Positions 26,970 to 36,372 of a DNA stretch of 64,000 nucleotides are shown here, piece after piece. The stretch covers positions 24,780 to 88,779 of the forward strand of contig JAUNKF010000005.1 in assembly GCA_030532895.1 (NCBI GenBank). Direction: 5' to 3'. A program made the position numbers and the translations under genes. The DNA is from Lautropia sp. GTDB lineage: Bacteria > Pseudomonadota > Gammaproteobacteria > Burkholderiales > Burkholderiaceae_E. The notes beneath the pieces were generated by a model. That model was not told the origin of the DNA. It searched no databases and saw only the letters and a program-made list of their open reading frames with translations. Positions within the stretch are counted from its first letter, which is position 1. Every line of letters starts with the position of its first letter.

Positions 26970-28031
26970 TTACTCGACAATGACCTGTGCGAGTCCTGCT
27001 TCGAGCCGGCCGATGACGGCTGCCTGATCGAAACCGTGCCGGGCAAAGGCGGCCAGCACGGCGTCCTTGACATCTGGTGCGCAGGCGGTCAACAGGCCGC
27101 CGGCGGTTTGCGGGTCGGTCAACAGCGCTTGTAAGCTGGGGTCGGCCCCGGCGGGCAGCGCGATGTGTTCACCATAGGCTGCCCAGTTCCGAGCGGAGGC
27201 GCCGGTGATGTAACCGGCTTTGGCCAGCGTCTGAACGTCTGGCAGGAAGGGGATGGCATCGGCATCGAGCCGGGCCGTGAGGCCCGCGCCCTTGGCCACT
27301 TCGAGGGTGTGGCCCAGCAGGCCGAAACCGGTCACGTCCGTCAGCGCATGCACCTGGGGCAGCTGGGCCAGATCGATGCCGGGGCGGTTCAGTGTCGTCG
27401 TGGCGGCGATCATCTGCTGGTAGTGCTCGGGGCTGAGTTTTTCCTTTTTGAGCGCTGCCGAATAGATGCCCACGCCCAGCGGCTTGCCGAGGATCAGCAG
27501 ATCGCCGGGCTGGGCCGAGGCATTGCGCTTCAGGTTGTTGGGGTCGACGATGCCGATGGCCACCAGTCCATAGATGGGTTCGACCGAATCGATGGAATGG
27601 CCCCCGGCCAAGGGGATGCCAGCTTCCCGGCAGATCGACTGGCCGCCGGCGAGGATCTGGCCGATCACCTCGTGTGGCAGCACGTTGATCGGCATGCCGA
27701 CGATGGCCAGTGCCATCAGGGGCGTGGCGCCCATCGCGTAGATGTCCGAGATCGCGTTGGTGGCGGCGATGCGGCCGAAGTCGTGGGGGTCGTCGACGAT
27801 CGGCATGAAGAAGTCGGTGGTGGCGACGATGGCCTGGTGATCGTTGATGCGATAGACGGCCGCATCGTCGGCGGTTTCGGTGCCCACCAGCAGATCGGGA
27901 AATGGCAGGCTGGCCGTCAGGTTGCTTTTGGCCAGCAGCGCCGACAGCACGCCGGGCGAGATCTTGCAGCCGCAGCCGCCGCCGTGAGAGAGGGATGTGA
28001 GGCGGGGGGACGATGGGCTGAGGTCGGACAT
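26970..28031 (-). CDS. selD: Selenide, water dikinase SelD (Cys-type)
   Basis: SHGGGCGCKISPGVLSALL has the SelD active-site motif with Cys, not Sec. It also has the AIR synthase-like fold motifs DAAV, TTDFF and DPHDFGRIAATNAISDIYAMGA. Start at MSDLSPSSP. Confidence 0.9.
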   Translation of the reverse strand: MSDLSPSSPRLTSLSHGGGCGCKISPGVLSALLAKSNLTASLPFPDLLVGTETADDAAVYRINDHQAIVATTDFFMPIVDDPHDFGRIAATNAISDIYAMGATPLMALAIVGMPINVLPHEVIGQILAGGQSICREAGIPLAGGHSIDSVEPIYGLVAIGIVDPNNLKRNASAQPGDLLILGKPLGVGIYSAALKKEKLSPEHYQQMIAATTTLNRPGIDLAQLPQVHALTDVTGFGLLGHTLEVAKGAGLTARLDADAIPFLPDVQTLAKAGYITGASARNWAAYGEHIALPAGADPSLQALLTDPQTAGGLLTACAPDVKDAVLAAFARHGFDQAAVIGRLEAGLAQVIVE

Positions 28032-28140
28032 GGGGGACTCCTGGTGGTGGCTGCGGCGGGGGCTCGAGGCCCGCGGGCTGTGGCGAGCACGGCAGCCGGG
28101 CCGTTTGCGCAATCGGGTGATGGAGGAACGGTACTTATTT

Positions 28141-28179
28141 TAGAGTGTGCCATGCGCCTGCTCGTCCCCGCGACAAGCC
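28141..28179. repeat. Dispersed intergenic repeat, copy B (TAGAGTGTGCCATGCGCCTGCTCGTCCCCGCGACAAGCC)
   Basis: Shares the 5' module TAGAG(C/T)GTG(T/C)CAT with copies C and E and the TCGTCCCCGCGA(A/C)AAGC core with A and C. It lies 110 nt upstream of the selD start, so A and B flank selD in direct orientation. Confidence 0.5.
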
Positions 28180-28224
28180 TTGCTTACCGCGCTGGCATGA
28201 GACACGGTAAACTCCGAGTCTAGG

Positions 28225-28251
28225 GATGAGAATCGTTATTCTCATTATTTT
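28225..28251. promoter_or_regulatory. Putative Fur box upstream of the PepSY membrane operon
   Basis: GATGAGAATCGTTATTCTCATTATTTT contains the palindrome TGAGAAT..ATTCTCA. It matches 12 of 19 positions of the GATAATGATAATCATTATC consensus. It is located 180 nt upstream of the small membrane protein and PepSY-TM gene pair, a family that is commonly iron/Fur regulated. Confidence 0.35.
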
Positions 28252-28434
28252 GTTCGCAGGCGGGTTTTTCAGCCGGGCATGTGAAGGATGCTGCCTGGCA
28301 GGCTTGTCTTCCTGTCGTGGCGCAGTGTGGTCGTGATGGTGGCCGGTCGCCTGATCCTGCGTCGTTTCCGTTCGCATGCTCATGGCTGATGGCGGGGCGG
28401 TGTCTCGCTGTCTGTCCTGATGTGAAGTGAAAGG

Positions 28435-28758
28435 GTGGTTCTGATGGCTGGTTTCCTGTCGTCCCGCTGGGGCAGAGGTGGGCAGATCGGCGCACGCGTG
28501 CTGGCCAGTCTGGTCGGCGTCTGGTGTTTCGTGTTCGGCTTCGTCGTGTTCTGCATCGGCGCAGGGCGCGTGATGGGCTTGTCGTATGAGGATGCGCAGA
28601 CGCTCGGTCATCTCCTGGCTTTCCTGGTGTTCACGGCGATGTTCCTGTGGTGCTATGTGGCGCCAGAGTTGCGTCGTGTCTGGGGTGTGCTGCTCGGGGG
28701 GGCCGGGTTGATGGGTCTGCTCGGCTGGTGCCTGTTGCAATGGGCCGGGCCGTACTGA
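28435..28758 (+). CDS. Small integral membrane protein (107 aa, 3 TM helices) preceding the PepSY gene
   Basis: Hydrophobic with high GC3. It ends 12 nt before the PepSY start, whose RBS GAGAGGAGGG lies inside it. Confidence 0.45.
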   Translation: MVLMAGFLSSRWGRGGQIGARVLASLVGVWCFVFGFVVFCIGAGRVMGLSYEDAQTLGHLLAFLVFTAMFLWCYVAPELRRVWGVLLGGAGLMGLLGWCLLQWAGPY

Positions 28759-28769
28759 GAGGAGGGCAC

Positions 28770-30491
28770 ATGTTTCAGAATGCTCGCCAGGCGATGGCCT
28801 GGTTGCACACCTGGTTTGGCCTGGTGCTCGGCTATGTGCTGATCATCGTGTTTTTCTTCGGTGCCTTGTCGGTTTTCGATCGGGAAATCGACCGTTGGGC
28901 GATGCCTGAGACCCGCTTCGAGCCACAGGCCGTGCCATCCTTCGATCGGGTGTTGCTGCCGGTGTTCGAGCGCATGCAGATGAACGCCGACGAACGTGCC
29001 ATGGCGCAGGGCATGAGCCGGGAGCCGTTGCCAGAGACACTGCCCTTTCATGAATGGGGGGTGTATGCCACGCACCGTGATCCGGTCATGAAGATCTGGG
29101 CGGGTTTTGAGCTGCCGGCGCCACGGAACCCGGCCGAGGATCATGCTTATGCCGTCGGGCAGCTCGATCCGCGTACGGGCAAGCCGGTGTCCAGCGATCG
29201 GCTGCCGATCGGCAGCGAGTTTTTCTACCCGCTGCATTTTGGCCTGCATCTGCACTGGAAGGACATGGGCTATTGGGTGGTGGCACTGGCGGCGCTCACG
29301 ATGCTGGTGGCGCTCGTGAGTGGCGTGGTGATGCACCGGAAGATCTTTCGGGAGTTCTTCACCTTTCGGCCCAGGAAAAGCCTGCAACGCAGCACCCTCG
29401 ATCTGCACAACCTGACGGGGGTGCTGGGTCTGCCCTTTCATCTGGTGTTTGCCTTGTCTGGCCTGGTGATCTTTGCGCGCATCTATTTTCCTGTGTCCGA
29501 CACGGTGTTGAAAGACGAATCGGCTGCGGCGCTCACGGCCCAGATGGCCGAGGCCGGCATGGCCGAAGAGGCTTCGGGTGTGGCGGCGCCCCTGGCATCG
29601 GTGGACGCGATGGTGGCCGAGGCCCGCCGGCGTTGGCAGGCCTCGGGCAAGGGGGGAGAGGTTGGCATGATCAGCGTTCACCACGTGGGTGATGCGCATG
29701 CCGTGGTGAGCGTGTATCGGGCCGGCACCGACCGCGTCACGCTGCTTAGTGACGGGGTGCATTTCAAGGGGGCTTCCGGTGAGCTGATCCGCGAAGATCC
29801 GCCGCCCACGGCCGTGGCGGCCATCAACGATTTCCTCACGGGGCTGCACTTGCAGCACTTCCGGCACTGGTTGCTGCGCTGGCTGTATGTGCTCGGTGGT
29901 TTGCTGGGCTGCGTCTGCATCGCGACGGGGTTCATCTTTTTTGTCGAGAAACGAAAGCGTCAGCATGCCCGCGACGGAAGTCAGGCGATCCGGTATGTGG
30001 ATGCGCTTGCCGTCGGGGCCGTGACGGGCATGCTGGTGGCAACCGTCGCGATCCTGGTGGCCAACCGGTTGTTGCCGCTCGATCTGCCGATGCGGGGGCG
30101 CTGGGAGGAAAGGGTTTTCTGGGGGGCGTGGGGACTGGCCATCGTGCATGCCTTCGTGAGAGGTGCACCGATGGCGCAGGGACGCCTGTCACCGGCCTGG
30201 CGTGAGCAGTGCTGGCTCGTGGCCGTGTTGAGCGTGGTGGCCGTGTGTCTGAACTGGCTGACGACCGGTGATCATCTGTTGAAGACGATAGGGTATTACT
30301 GGCCGGTGGCCGGGGTTGATCTTTTCCTGCTGGCCAGTGCCGGTTTGTGCGTGATGGCAGCCCGTCATCTTCGTCAGCGGGAAGATGCGGGTGCCCCTTG
30401 TCTGATAGGGCGCGCTGACCAGGTGCGTGGCAAGCCCGCCCGTTCCGATCGGGAAGGTGCTCGACAACGGGGTATGGGATGGTTGAGCTGA
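28770..30491 (+). CDS. PepSY-associated TM helix domain protein (PiuB-like iron-regulated membrane protein)
   Basis: Starts MFQNARQAMAWLHTWFGLVLGYVLIIVFFFGALSVFDREIDRWAM, the PepSY_TM signature. It has periplasmic PepSY-like segments and C-terminal TM helices. The track ORF extends 41 codons upstream. Confidence 0.85.
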   Translation: MFQNARQAMAWLHTWFGLVLGYVLIIVFFFGALSVFDREIDRWAMPETRFEPQAVPSFDRVLLPVFERMQMNADERAMAQGMSREPLPETLPFHEWGVYATHRDPVMKIWAGFELPAPRNPAEDHAYAVGQLDPRTGKPVSSDRLPIGSEFFYPLHFGLHLHWKDMGYWVVALAALTMLVALVSGVVMHRKIFREFFTFRPRKSLQRSTLDLHNLTGVLGLPFHLVFALSGLVIFARIYFPVSDTVLKDESAAALTAQMAEAGMAEEASGVAAPLASVDAMVAEARRRWQASGKGGEVGMISVHHVGDAHAVVSVYRAGTDRVTLLSDGVHFKGASGELIREDPPPTAVAAINDFLTGLHLQHFRHWLLRWLYVLGGLLGCVCIATGFIFFVEKRKRQHARDGSQAIRYVDALAVGAVTGMLVATVAILVANRLLPLDLPMRGRWEERVFWGAWGLAIVHAFVRGAPMAQGRLSPAWREQCWLVAVLSVVAVCLNWLTTGDHLLKTIGYYWPVAGVDLFLLASAGLCVMAARHLRQREDAGAPCLIGRADQVRGKPARSDREGARQRGMGWLS

Positions 30492-30826
30492 TCTGGTTGA
30501 TGGGGGGCGGGGCTGCCTGTCTGACGGGCATGGCCTGGTTGGCGCTGGCGATGGCGGCACACTGGATACAGGTCTTTCCTGGGTACCCCCATTCACCGGT
30601 GCTGGCCCGCCGGCAGCGGCGTTTGGCGGCGGTGGCGCTGGGGTTCGGGTTGTGGGCCTGTCTGCAAGCCGATCACCCCAGCATGGCCGTGTTGGTGTGG
30701 GTGATGATGCTGACGGCTTCGGCCTTGTTGGTGGCCTTCTCGTTGACATGGCGGCCCCTGCGTTTGCGGCGTTTCTGGCGCTCCGGCTGGGGCTGGTGGC
30801 CTTGGCAGTCCGGCCGGGGGGGGTGA
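30479..30826 (+). CDS. DUF3325-like small membrane protein
   Basis: 115-aa hydrophobic protein that overlaps the PepSY gene stop. Proteins of this kind commonly follow PepSY-TM genes. Confidence 0.5.
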   Translation: MVELIWLMGGGAACLTGMAWLALAMAAHWIQVFPGYPHSPVLARRQRRLAAVALGFGLWACLQADHPSMAVLVWVMMLTASALLVAFSLTWRPLRLRRFWRSGWGWWPWQSGRGG

Positions 30827-31239
30827 GGCTGTCGTCTTTTCCGGGCTTGCCCATCGGCTGGCGGCAAAACGGTGTGCAGAGGGCGTTGCCAAGCTGTTGA
30901 AGACATCGAGACTTGACCGCGTGTGGCACCTTGTCTTCCCCCGGTTGTGGAGCGAGCCTGAGGGCCAATGCGTTCATGGCACGCATGCTGGATGCCCGAG
31001 GGTTCTTCCGGATATCTCTGCACGAAAGAGGCAAAGTAAGATGGTCTGACCCAACGAGGGTGGTGGTCGCCGGGCCATGATCGTCACATGGCCGTGGTGG
31101 CTTTGCGGCACAAGACCGTGACTGCACGCCCTCTCCATGAAAGACTGCGCCGAGTCAAGCCTGAACAATCGGCCCTTCATGACGAGCATGGGGGCGAGGG
31201 GCTTTGTCCGGCATGTCCATCGACGCAAGGAGACAGCGA

Positions 31240-32766
31240 ATGGATGCAAATGATCTGCAAAAGGCCGGAATCAATATCGATTTCCCGTTCAAGAAGCAGT
31301 ATGACAATTACATTGGCGGGAAGTGGGTGCCGCCGGTGGATGGGCAGTATTTTGACAATGTGTCGCCGATCGATGGCAAGCCATTTTGTCGGGTGGCGCG
31401 TTCGACGGCCGCCGATGTCGAGCTGGCGCTGGATGCAGCCCATGCGGCGCGACGCAAGTGGGGCAAGACGGCGGTAGCCGAGCGATCCGGCCTGCTGCTG
31501 GCTGTGGCCGACCGGATGGAAAAGAATCTGGCGCTGCTGGCGGTGGCCGAAACCATCGACAACGGCAAGCCGCTGCGTGAGACGATGGCGGCCGACATTC
31601 CGCTTGCTATCGATCATTTCCGCTATTTTGCTGGCTGCATCCGTGCGCAGGAAGGCGGCATTTCCGAAATCGACGAAAATACGGTGGCGTACCACTTCCA
31701 TGAGCCGATGGGGGTTGTGGGTCAGATCATCCCGTGGAACTTCCCGCTCCTGATGGCGGCCTGGAAGTTGGCTCCGGCACTGGCGGCCGGCAACTGCGTG
31801 GTGTTGAAGCCGGCCGAGCAGACGCCCGCCTCGATCATGCTGTTCATGGAGCTGATCGGTGACCTGTTCCCGCCGGGCGTGCTGAACGTGGTCAATGGCT
31901 TTGGCAAGGAGGCGGGGGATGCCCTGGCCAACAGCAAGCGGATTGCCAAGCTCGCGTTCACCGGTTCGACCCCTACCGGCAAGCACATCCTGCATGCTGC
32001 GGCCGACAACCTGATTCCGACCACGGTGGAGTTGGGCGGCAAGAGTCCGAACATTTTCTTTGCCGATGTGATGGATCATGATGACGTGTTCCTCGACAAG
32101 GCGCTGGAAGGACTGACGATGTTCGCGTTGAACCAGGGAGAGGTCTGCACCTGCCCCTCGCGCGTGCTGGTGCAGGAATCGATCTATGAGCGCTTCATCG
32201 AGAAGGCCATCAAGCGGGTGGAGATGATCAAGGCGGGCAACCCGCTCGACAAGACGACGATGGTGGGGGCGCAGGCATCGCAGCAGCAGCTCGACAAGAT
32301 CCTCTCCTATCTCGACATTGGCCGTAACGAAGGTGCTGAGGTGCTGACGGGGGGCGGCCGTAACGATCCGGGCGATGGCCTGAAGGATGGCTTCTATGTG
32401 AAGCCCACGATGCTGCTGGGCAACAACCAGATGCGGGTGTTCCAGGAGGAAATCTTTGGGCCGGTGGCCTCGGTCGTCACCTTCAAGGACGAGGCCGAAG
32501 CGATCGAGATCGCCAATGACACCTTCTTCGGGCTGGGCGCGGGCGTCTGGACACGTAACGGCACCCGTGCTTACCGGATGGGCCGTGAGATCGAGGCCGG
32601 CCGTGTCTGGACGAATTGCTACCACCTCTATCCGGCGCATGCGGCCTTTGGCGGTTACAAGCACTCGGGCATCGGGCGTGAAACCCACAAGATGGCGTTG
32701 AATGCCTACCAGCAGACGAAGTGCTTGCTGGTGAGCTACAGCGCGGAGGCGCTTGGCTTCTTCTGA
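31240..32766 (+). CDS. aldB: Aldehyde dehydrogenase (AldB-like, NAD(P)-dependent)
   Basis: Near-colinear with E. coli AldB: [97 protein letters not shown], the catalytic [16 protein letters not shown] and the Cys in EVCTCPSR. Confidence 0.9.
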   Translation: MDANDLQKAGINIDFPFKKQYDNYIGGKWVPPVDGQYFDNVSPIDGKPFCRVARSTAADVELALDAAHAARRKWGKTAVAERSGLLLAVADRMEKNLALLAVAETIDNGKPLRETMAADIPLAIDHFRYFAGCIRAQEGGISEIDENTVAYHFHEPMGVVGQIIPWNFPLLMAAWKLAPALAAGNCVVLKPAEQTPASIMLFMELIGDLFPPGVLNVVNGFGKEAGDALANSKRIAKLAFTGSTPTGKHILHAAADNLIPTTVELGGKSPNIFFADVMDHDDVFLDKALEGLTMFALNQGEVCTCPSRVLVQESIYERFIEKAIKRVEMIKAGNPLDKTTMVGAQASQQQLDKILSYLDIGRNEGAEVLTGGGRNDPGDGLKDGFYVKPTMLLGNNQMRVFQEEIFGPVASVVTFKDEAEAIEIANDTFFGLGAGVWTRNGTRAYRMGREIEAGRVWTNCYHLYPAHAAFGGYKHSGIGRETHKMALNAYQQTKCLLVSYSAEALGFF

Positions 32767-32956
32767 TCCTGACCGGATGCAGCGTGGTTGACAGGGGGCA
32801 GCACGGCAAAGCGTGTTGCCCCTGTTTTTCGGGCTATTGCGATGTAAACGCACTCGCCCCCGTCAGCGTTTCAGCTCGTGTGATACCGTTTGTCACGGCG
32901 CGGTTCAAGAGGCGCGCGTGTTGATCCTTTTCAACCCTAGCAAGGAGTGTTTGTCG

Positions 32957-33433
32957 ATGAAGTTTCCGTGGATGAAGTCGCTGGTGATGTCGATGGCGGT
33001 CGTGAGTGTCGGCGCTTCGGCTGCCGGTGGTGGTGCCAAGGCACCGGCCGAGGTGAACGGTCTGCTCACTGTCAAGAGCGCTTATTCGGCGGCCGAGTCG
33101 GTAGCGCGCATCCAGGATGCCTTGAAGGCCAAGGGGTTGGTCATCTTCACGGTGATCGATCACCAGAAGGCGGCCGAGCAGCATCAGTTGAAGATGCCGG
33201 CAGCCAGCGTGATCGTCTTTGGCAATCCGAAGCTGGGCACGCCGATGATGGTGCAGTCGCCGACGATGGCGATCGATCTGCCCTCGAAGGTGCTGGTGTG
33301 GGAAGATGGCAAGGGCAACGTGTTTGCCTCGATGAACACGGCGGCCTACATGGGCCAGCGCCATCATCTGCCTGAGAGTGTCTATGCCCCGTTGGCCGGG
33401 TTGGAGAAGCTGGTGCCCAACGCCGTGAAGTAA
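32957..33433 (+). CDS. DUF302 domain-containing protein (secreted)
   Basis: Signal peptide MKFPWMKSLVMSMAVVSVGASA, then the DUF302 pattern VKSAYSAAESVARIQDALKAKGLVIFTVIDHQKAAE...PKLGTPMM. Confidence 0.75.
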   Translation: MKFPWMKSLVMSMAVVSVGASAAGGGAKAPAEVNGLLTVKSAYSAAESVARIQDALKAKGLVIFTVIDHQKAAEQHQLKMPAASVIVFGNPKLGTPMMVQSPTMAIDLPSKVLVWEDGKGNVFASMNTAAYMGQRHHLPESVYAPLAGLEKLVPNAVK

Positions 33434-33534
33434 GGAAGGGCACGACATGTGATGGGGCTGCCAGGTGGCAGCCCCTGTTGTCCGGGGAGTCCGTAGACTC
33501 CCCTGCCACAGAGGAGATTGTTCCGTGGCTTGGC

Positions 33535-34146
33535 TTAGAAGAAGTAACGCAGACCCGCCGAGAACTCGTGTGCGTACACGTCCGAGGTCATGCGGTTGTA
33601 GCGGTAGCCGAAGTCGAGCAGCATGTCGTTGCTCAGCTTGTAGTTGACGCCGCCCATCAGACCGAAGCCCAGCTTGGTTTCGCTCTCGGAGGCCGAGCTG
33701 CGCAGACCGGCCACGTTGAAGCCGGCTTCAGACTTGATCTTGTTGATGGCCAGACGGCCGCCCAGGTACGGCTCGAAAGCGCTGTCGGGGTTCTCGAAGT
33801 CATAGAAGGCCGAGACGCCAAAGCCCGACGCCTTCACCGAGGCGTTGAGGGAGACGGTTCCCTCGGAAGCGGAGTCGGACAGCTTCTTGTAGTGGGTGTA
33901 GTCGGCTGCAAAACGCAGGGCGCCGGTGTCCACACCGATCGACAGGCGCGGCATGAAGCCGGAATCCTTGTAAGCGTTCTTGATGCTGCGGCCCAGCTCT
34001 CGGCTGTGGAACACGTCGCTGTTGTCGACTTGCAGGTTGGCCAGACCGATGTCACCCTGGACATAGGTGCCGGTTTGAGCCGAAGCGGCAGCGGAAAAGC
34101 CCAGGCCAGCAGCGGCGATGGCAAGAATCAGGGAATGTTTTTTCAT
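33535..34146 (-). CDS. Outer membrane beta-barrel protein (OmpW/opacity-porin-like)
   Basis: Signal peptide MKKHSLILAIAAAGLGFSAAASAQ, alternating amphipathic beta-strands and a C-terminal GLRYFF aromatic terminus. Confidence 0.75.
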   Translation of the reverse strand: MKKHSLILAIAAAGLGFSAAASAQTGTYVQGDIGLANLQVDNSDVFHSRELGRSIKNAYKDSGFMPRLSIGVDTGALRFAADYTHYKKLSDSASEGTVSLNASVKASGFGVSAFYDFENPDSAFEPYLGGRLAINKIKSEAGFNVAGLRSSASESETKLGFGLMGGVNYKLSNDMLLDFGYRYNRMTSDVYAHEFSAGLRYFF

Positions 34147-34535
34147 GGTCAAACTGTAAACCTTGGTGGTGTTCAAAAGAAGCGCAGGAGACGAATCGGG
34201 CCGTGCCGAGCAGTCTTATGGGTGCGTTGGACGCCAAGATTAATGGAAGCAAGGCGCCTAAATATTTCGTCAAGTTGTTTTTGAGAGACTTTTGTTACGC
34301 TTGGGCAACACGAATGGTTTTGAGCGGCCGTTCGTCCAGGCGATGGTTTTATCGATAATTATTATTATTTCGCAGAGAAAAGGACTTGAAGAAACGCGCT
34401 GAAGCGTTTGGGGTTGGCTTCAGCGCGTCGGGGGCAGATCGTGTGCCCCTTTCAGCCGGCTTGGCTGCCGTGCATGCCGGCCCATGGGCTTGTGCTGCAG
34501 ACAGCCGTGTGGCGCAGGCCGGTCAGCGAGGTGGC

Positions 34536-36338
34536 TCAGGCCGTTGCGGCCTGTGCCGGGGCTGCCAAGGGTCGCTTCAGGATCCCGAGCATGACGGCTG
34601 TGGCCACGGAGCCACCTGCGATGGCGGCAGCGTAGAGCAGCACATGGTTGACGGCGCCGGGGATGGCCAGCACGAAGATGCCGCCGTGCGGGGCAGCCAG
34701 CGTCACCTGGAACAGGGCCGAGAGGCCACCGGCCACGGCTGCGCCGATCATGCAGGCGGGAATCACGCGCAAGGGATCACGGGCGACGAAAGGAATGGCG
34801 CCTTCGGTGATGAAAGCCAGACCCAACACGGCGGCCGCTTTGGAGGCTTCACGTTCTTCGGCGCTGAAGCGGCTGCGGAAGATCCAGCAGGCCAGCGCGA
34901 TGCCGAGTGGTGGCACCATGCCGGCCGCCATGACGGAGGCCATCGGCATGGTGATGTTGCTGGCGATCAGCGTGGTGCCGAAGACGTAGGCGGCTTTGTT
35001 GACGGGGCCACCCAGGTCGAAGCCCATCATGGCGCCCAGGATCACGCCCAGCACGATGGCACTGCTGGTCTGCATGCCCTTGAGCCATTCGGTCAGCGCA
35101 TTGAGGGCGGCGGCGGTCGGCTCGCCCAGTACGGTCATCATCAGCAGACCCACGATGCCGGTCGAGAGCAGCGGCAGGATCAGCACTGGCTTGAGGCCGT
35201 CGAGCGTGCGGGGCAGCTTGATGTAGCGGTTGAGCGCCAGGCTGACATAACCCGCCAGAAAACCTGCCACGATACCGCCCAGAAAGCCGGCGCCGACGGT
35301 GTTGGCGATCATCCCGCCCACCATGCCGGGAGCTAGCCCTGGCCGGTCGGCAATCGAGAAGGCGATGTAGCCGGAGAGGATGGGCACCATCAGCGCGAAG
35401 GCATGTTTGGCGCCGATTTGAAAGAGCAGGTAGCCCAGCGTGCCCTGGTTGCTGTCTTCGTAGACGTAGATGCCGCCCAGTGCAAAGGCGAGCGCAATGA
35501 GCAGGCCGCCGGCCACCACGAAGGGCAGCATGAACGATACCCCGGTCATCAGGTGCTTGTAGGGGCCGCTGGGGGCTGCCTTCTTGGCGGGCACGCCTTC
35601 TCCGCTGGTGCCCGCTTCGCTGCTGCCGCTTTCAGACCACGGGGTGGCGTTGGCATGGGCTTGCCGAATCAGCGCGTTGGCATCACGGATGGCGGCCTTG
35701 GTGCTGCTGCTGTAGAGCCGTTTGCCGTGAAAGCGGGATTTGTCCACCTGCGTGTCGGCGGCGATCACGACCAGATCGGCTGCAGCGATTTCTTCAGCCG
35801 TGAGTGCGTTCTGGGCGCCGACCGAGCCTTGGGTTTCGACCTTGATCTGATGGCCCTCGGCCAGGGCCCCCTGCTCCAGGGCTTCGGCCGCCATGAAGGT
35901 GTGGGCCACCCCGGTGGGGCAGGAGGTGATGGCGACGATCTTCAGGCCGGCAGGCGGTTTGCCGGTGGGGGAAACGGTGGCAGCGGCTTCTGGGCCAGAC
36001 GTGTGGCCGCTGGTTACCGGATGGCGGCTGGCTGGATCGCCGAGGGCTTGCCTGAGCACGGCAGCCGCATCATCGAAGACGGCTTGGGGCGTGCTTTTAT
36101 GGATGCGGATGTGTTGGGGCAGCTGAGCTGCGTCCAGCGGGGCGTCTGCCACGACGATGAGGACATCGGCCGTGGCCAGTTCGTGGTTGGAGAAGCTGCC
36201 ATGCTCGCCAAGGTGACTGTGCACCTTCAGGGCGAATTGGTGGCCAGCCTGTTGGGCGGCAGCCTGCAGCGCTTCACCGATGATGAAGCTGTGTGCTGGC
36301 CCGGACTGGCTGGCGGTGATTGCCAGGATGGTTGCCAC
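34536..36338 (-). CDS. fruA: PTS fructose transporter subunit IIB'BC (FruA)
   Basis: Collinear with E. coli FruA: N-terminal IIB' (ATILAITASQSG), IIB (VAITSCPTGVAHTFMAAEAL) and IIC (LMTGVSFMLPFVVAGGLLIALAF). Proposed GTG start at 36338 with RBS AGGAGAG 7 nt upstream. The track ORF (to 36572) carries an implausible Pro/Trp-rich extension that overlaps fruK. Confidence 0.88.
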   Translation of the reverse strand: MATILAITASQSGPAHSFIIGEALQAAAQQAGHQFALKVHSHLGEHGSFSNHELATADVLIVVADAPLDAAQLPQHIRIHKSTPQAVFDDAAAVLRQALGDPASRHPVTSGHTSGPEAAATVSPTGKPPAGLKIVAITSCPTGVAHTFMAAEALEQGALAEGHQIKVETQGSVGAQNALTAEEIAAADLVVIAADTQVDKSRFHGKRLYSSSTKAAIRDANALIRQAHANATPWSESGSSEAGTSGEGVPAKKAAPSGPYKHLMTGVSFMLPFVVAGGLLIALAFALGGIYVYEDSNQGTLGYLLFQIGAKHAFALMVPILSGYIAFSIADRPGLAPGMVGGMIANTVGAGFLGGIVAGFLAGYVSLALNRYIKLPRTLDGLKPVLILPLLSTGIVGLLMMTVLGEPTAAALNALTEWLKGMQTSSAIVLGVILGAMMGFDLGGPVNKAAYVFGTTLIASNITMPMASVMAAGMVPPLGIALACWIFRSRFSAEEREASKAAAVLGLAFITEGAIPFVARDPLRVIPACMIGAAVAGGLSALFQVTLAAPHGGIFVLAIPGAVNHVLLYAAAIAGGSVATAVMLGILKRPLAAPAQAATA

Positions 36339-36372
36339 GAGGATCTCTCCTGTAAGAGGCGTCTGAAGGGGG

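Noticed and set aside
28135-30531. Several long minus ORFs (201, 498, 199, 312 aa) antisense to the PepSY operon
   Set aside because: Pro/Arg/His-rich low complexity. The plus strand carries the PepSY_TM signature.
31177-32853. 558-aa minus ORF antisense to aldB
   Set aside because: aldB is near-colinear with E. coli AldB; the antisense frame has no motif.
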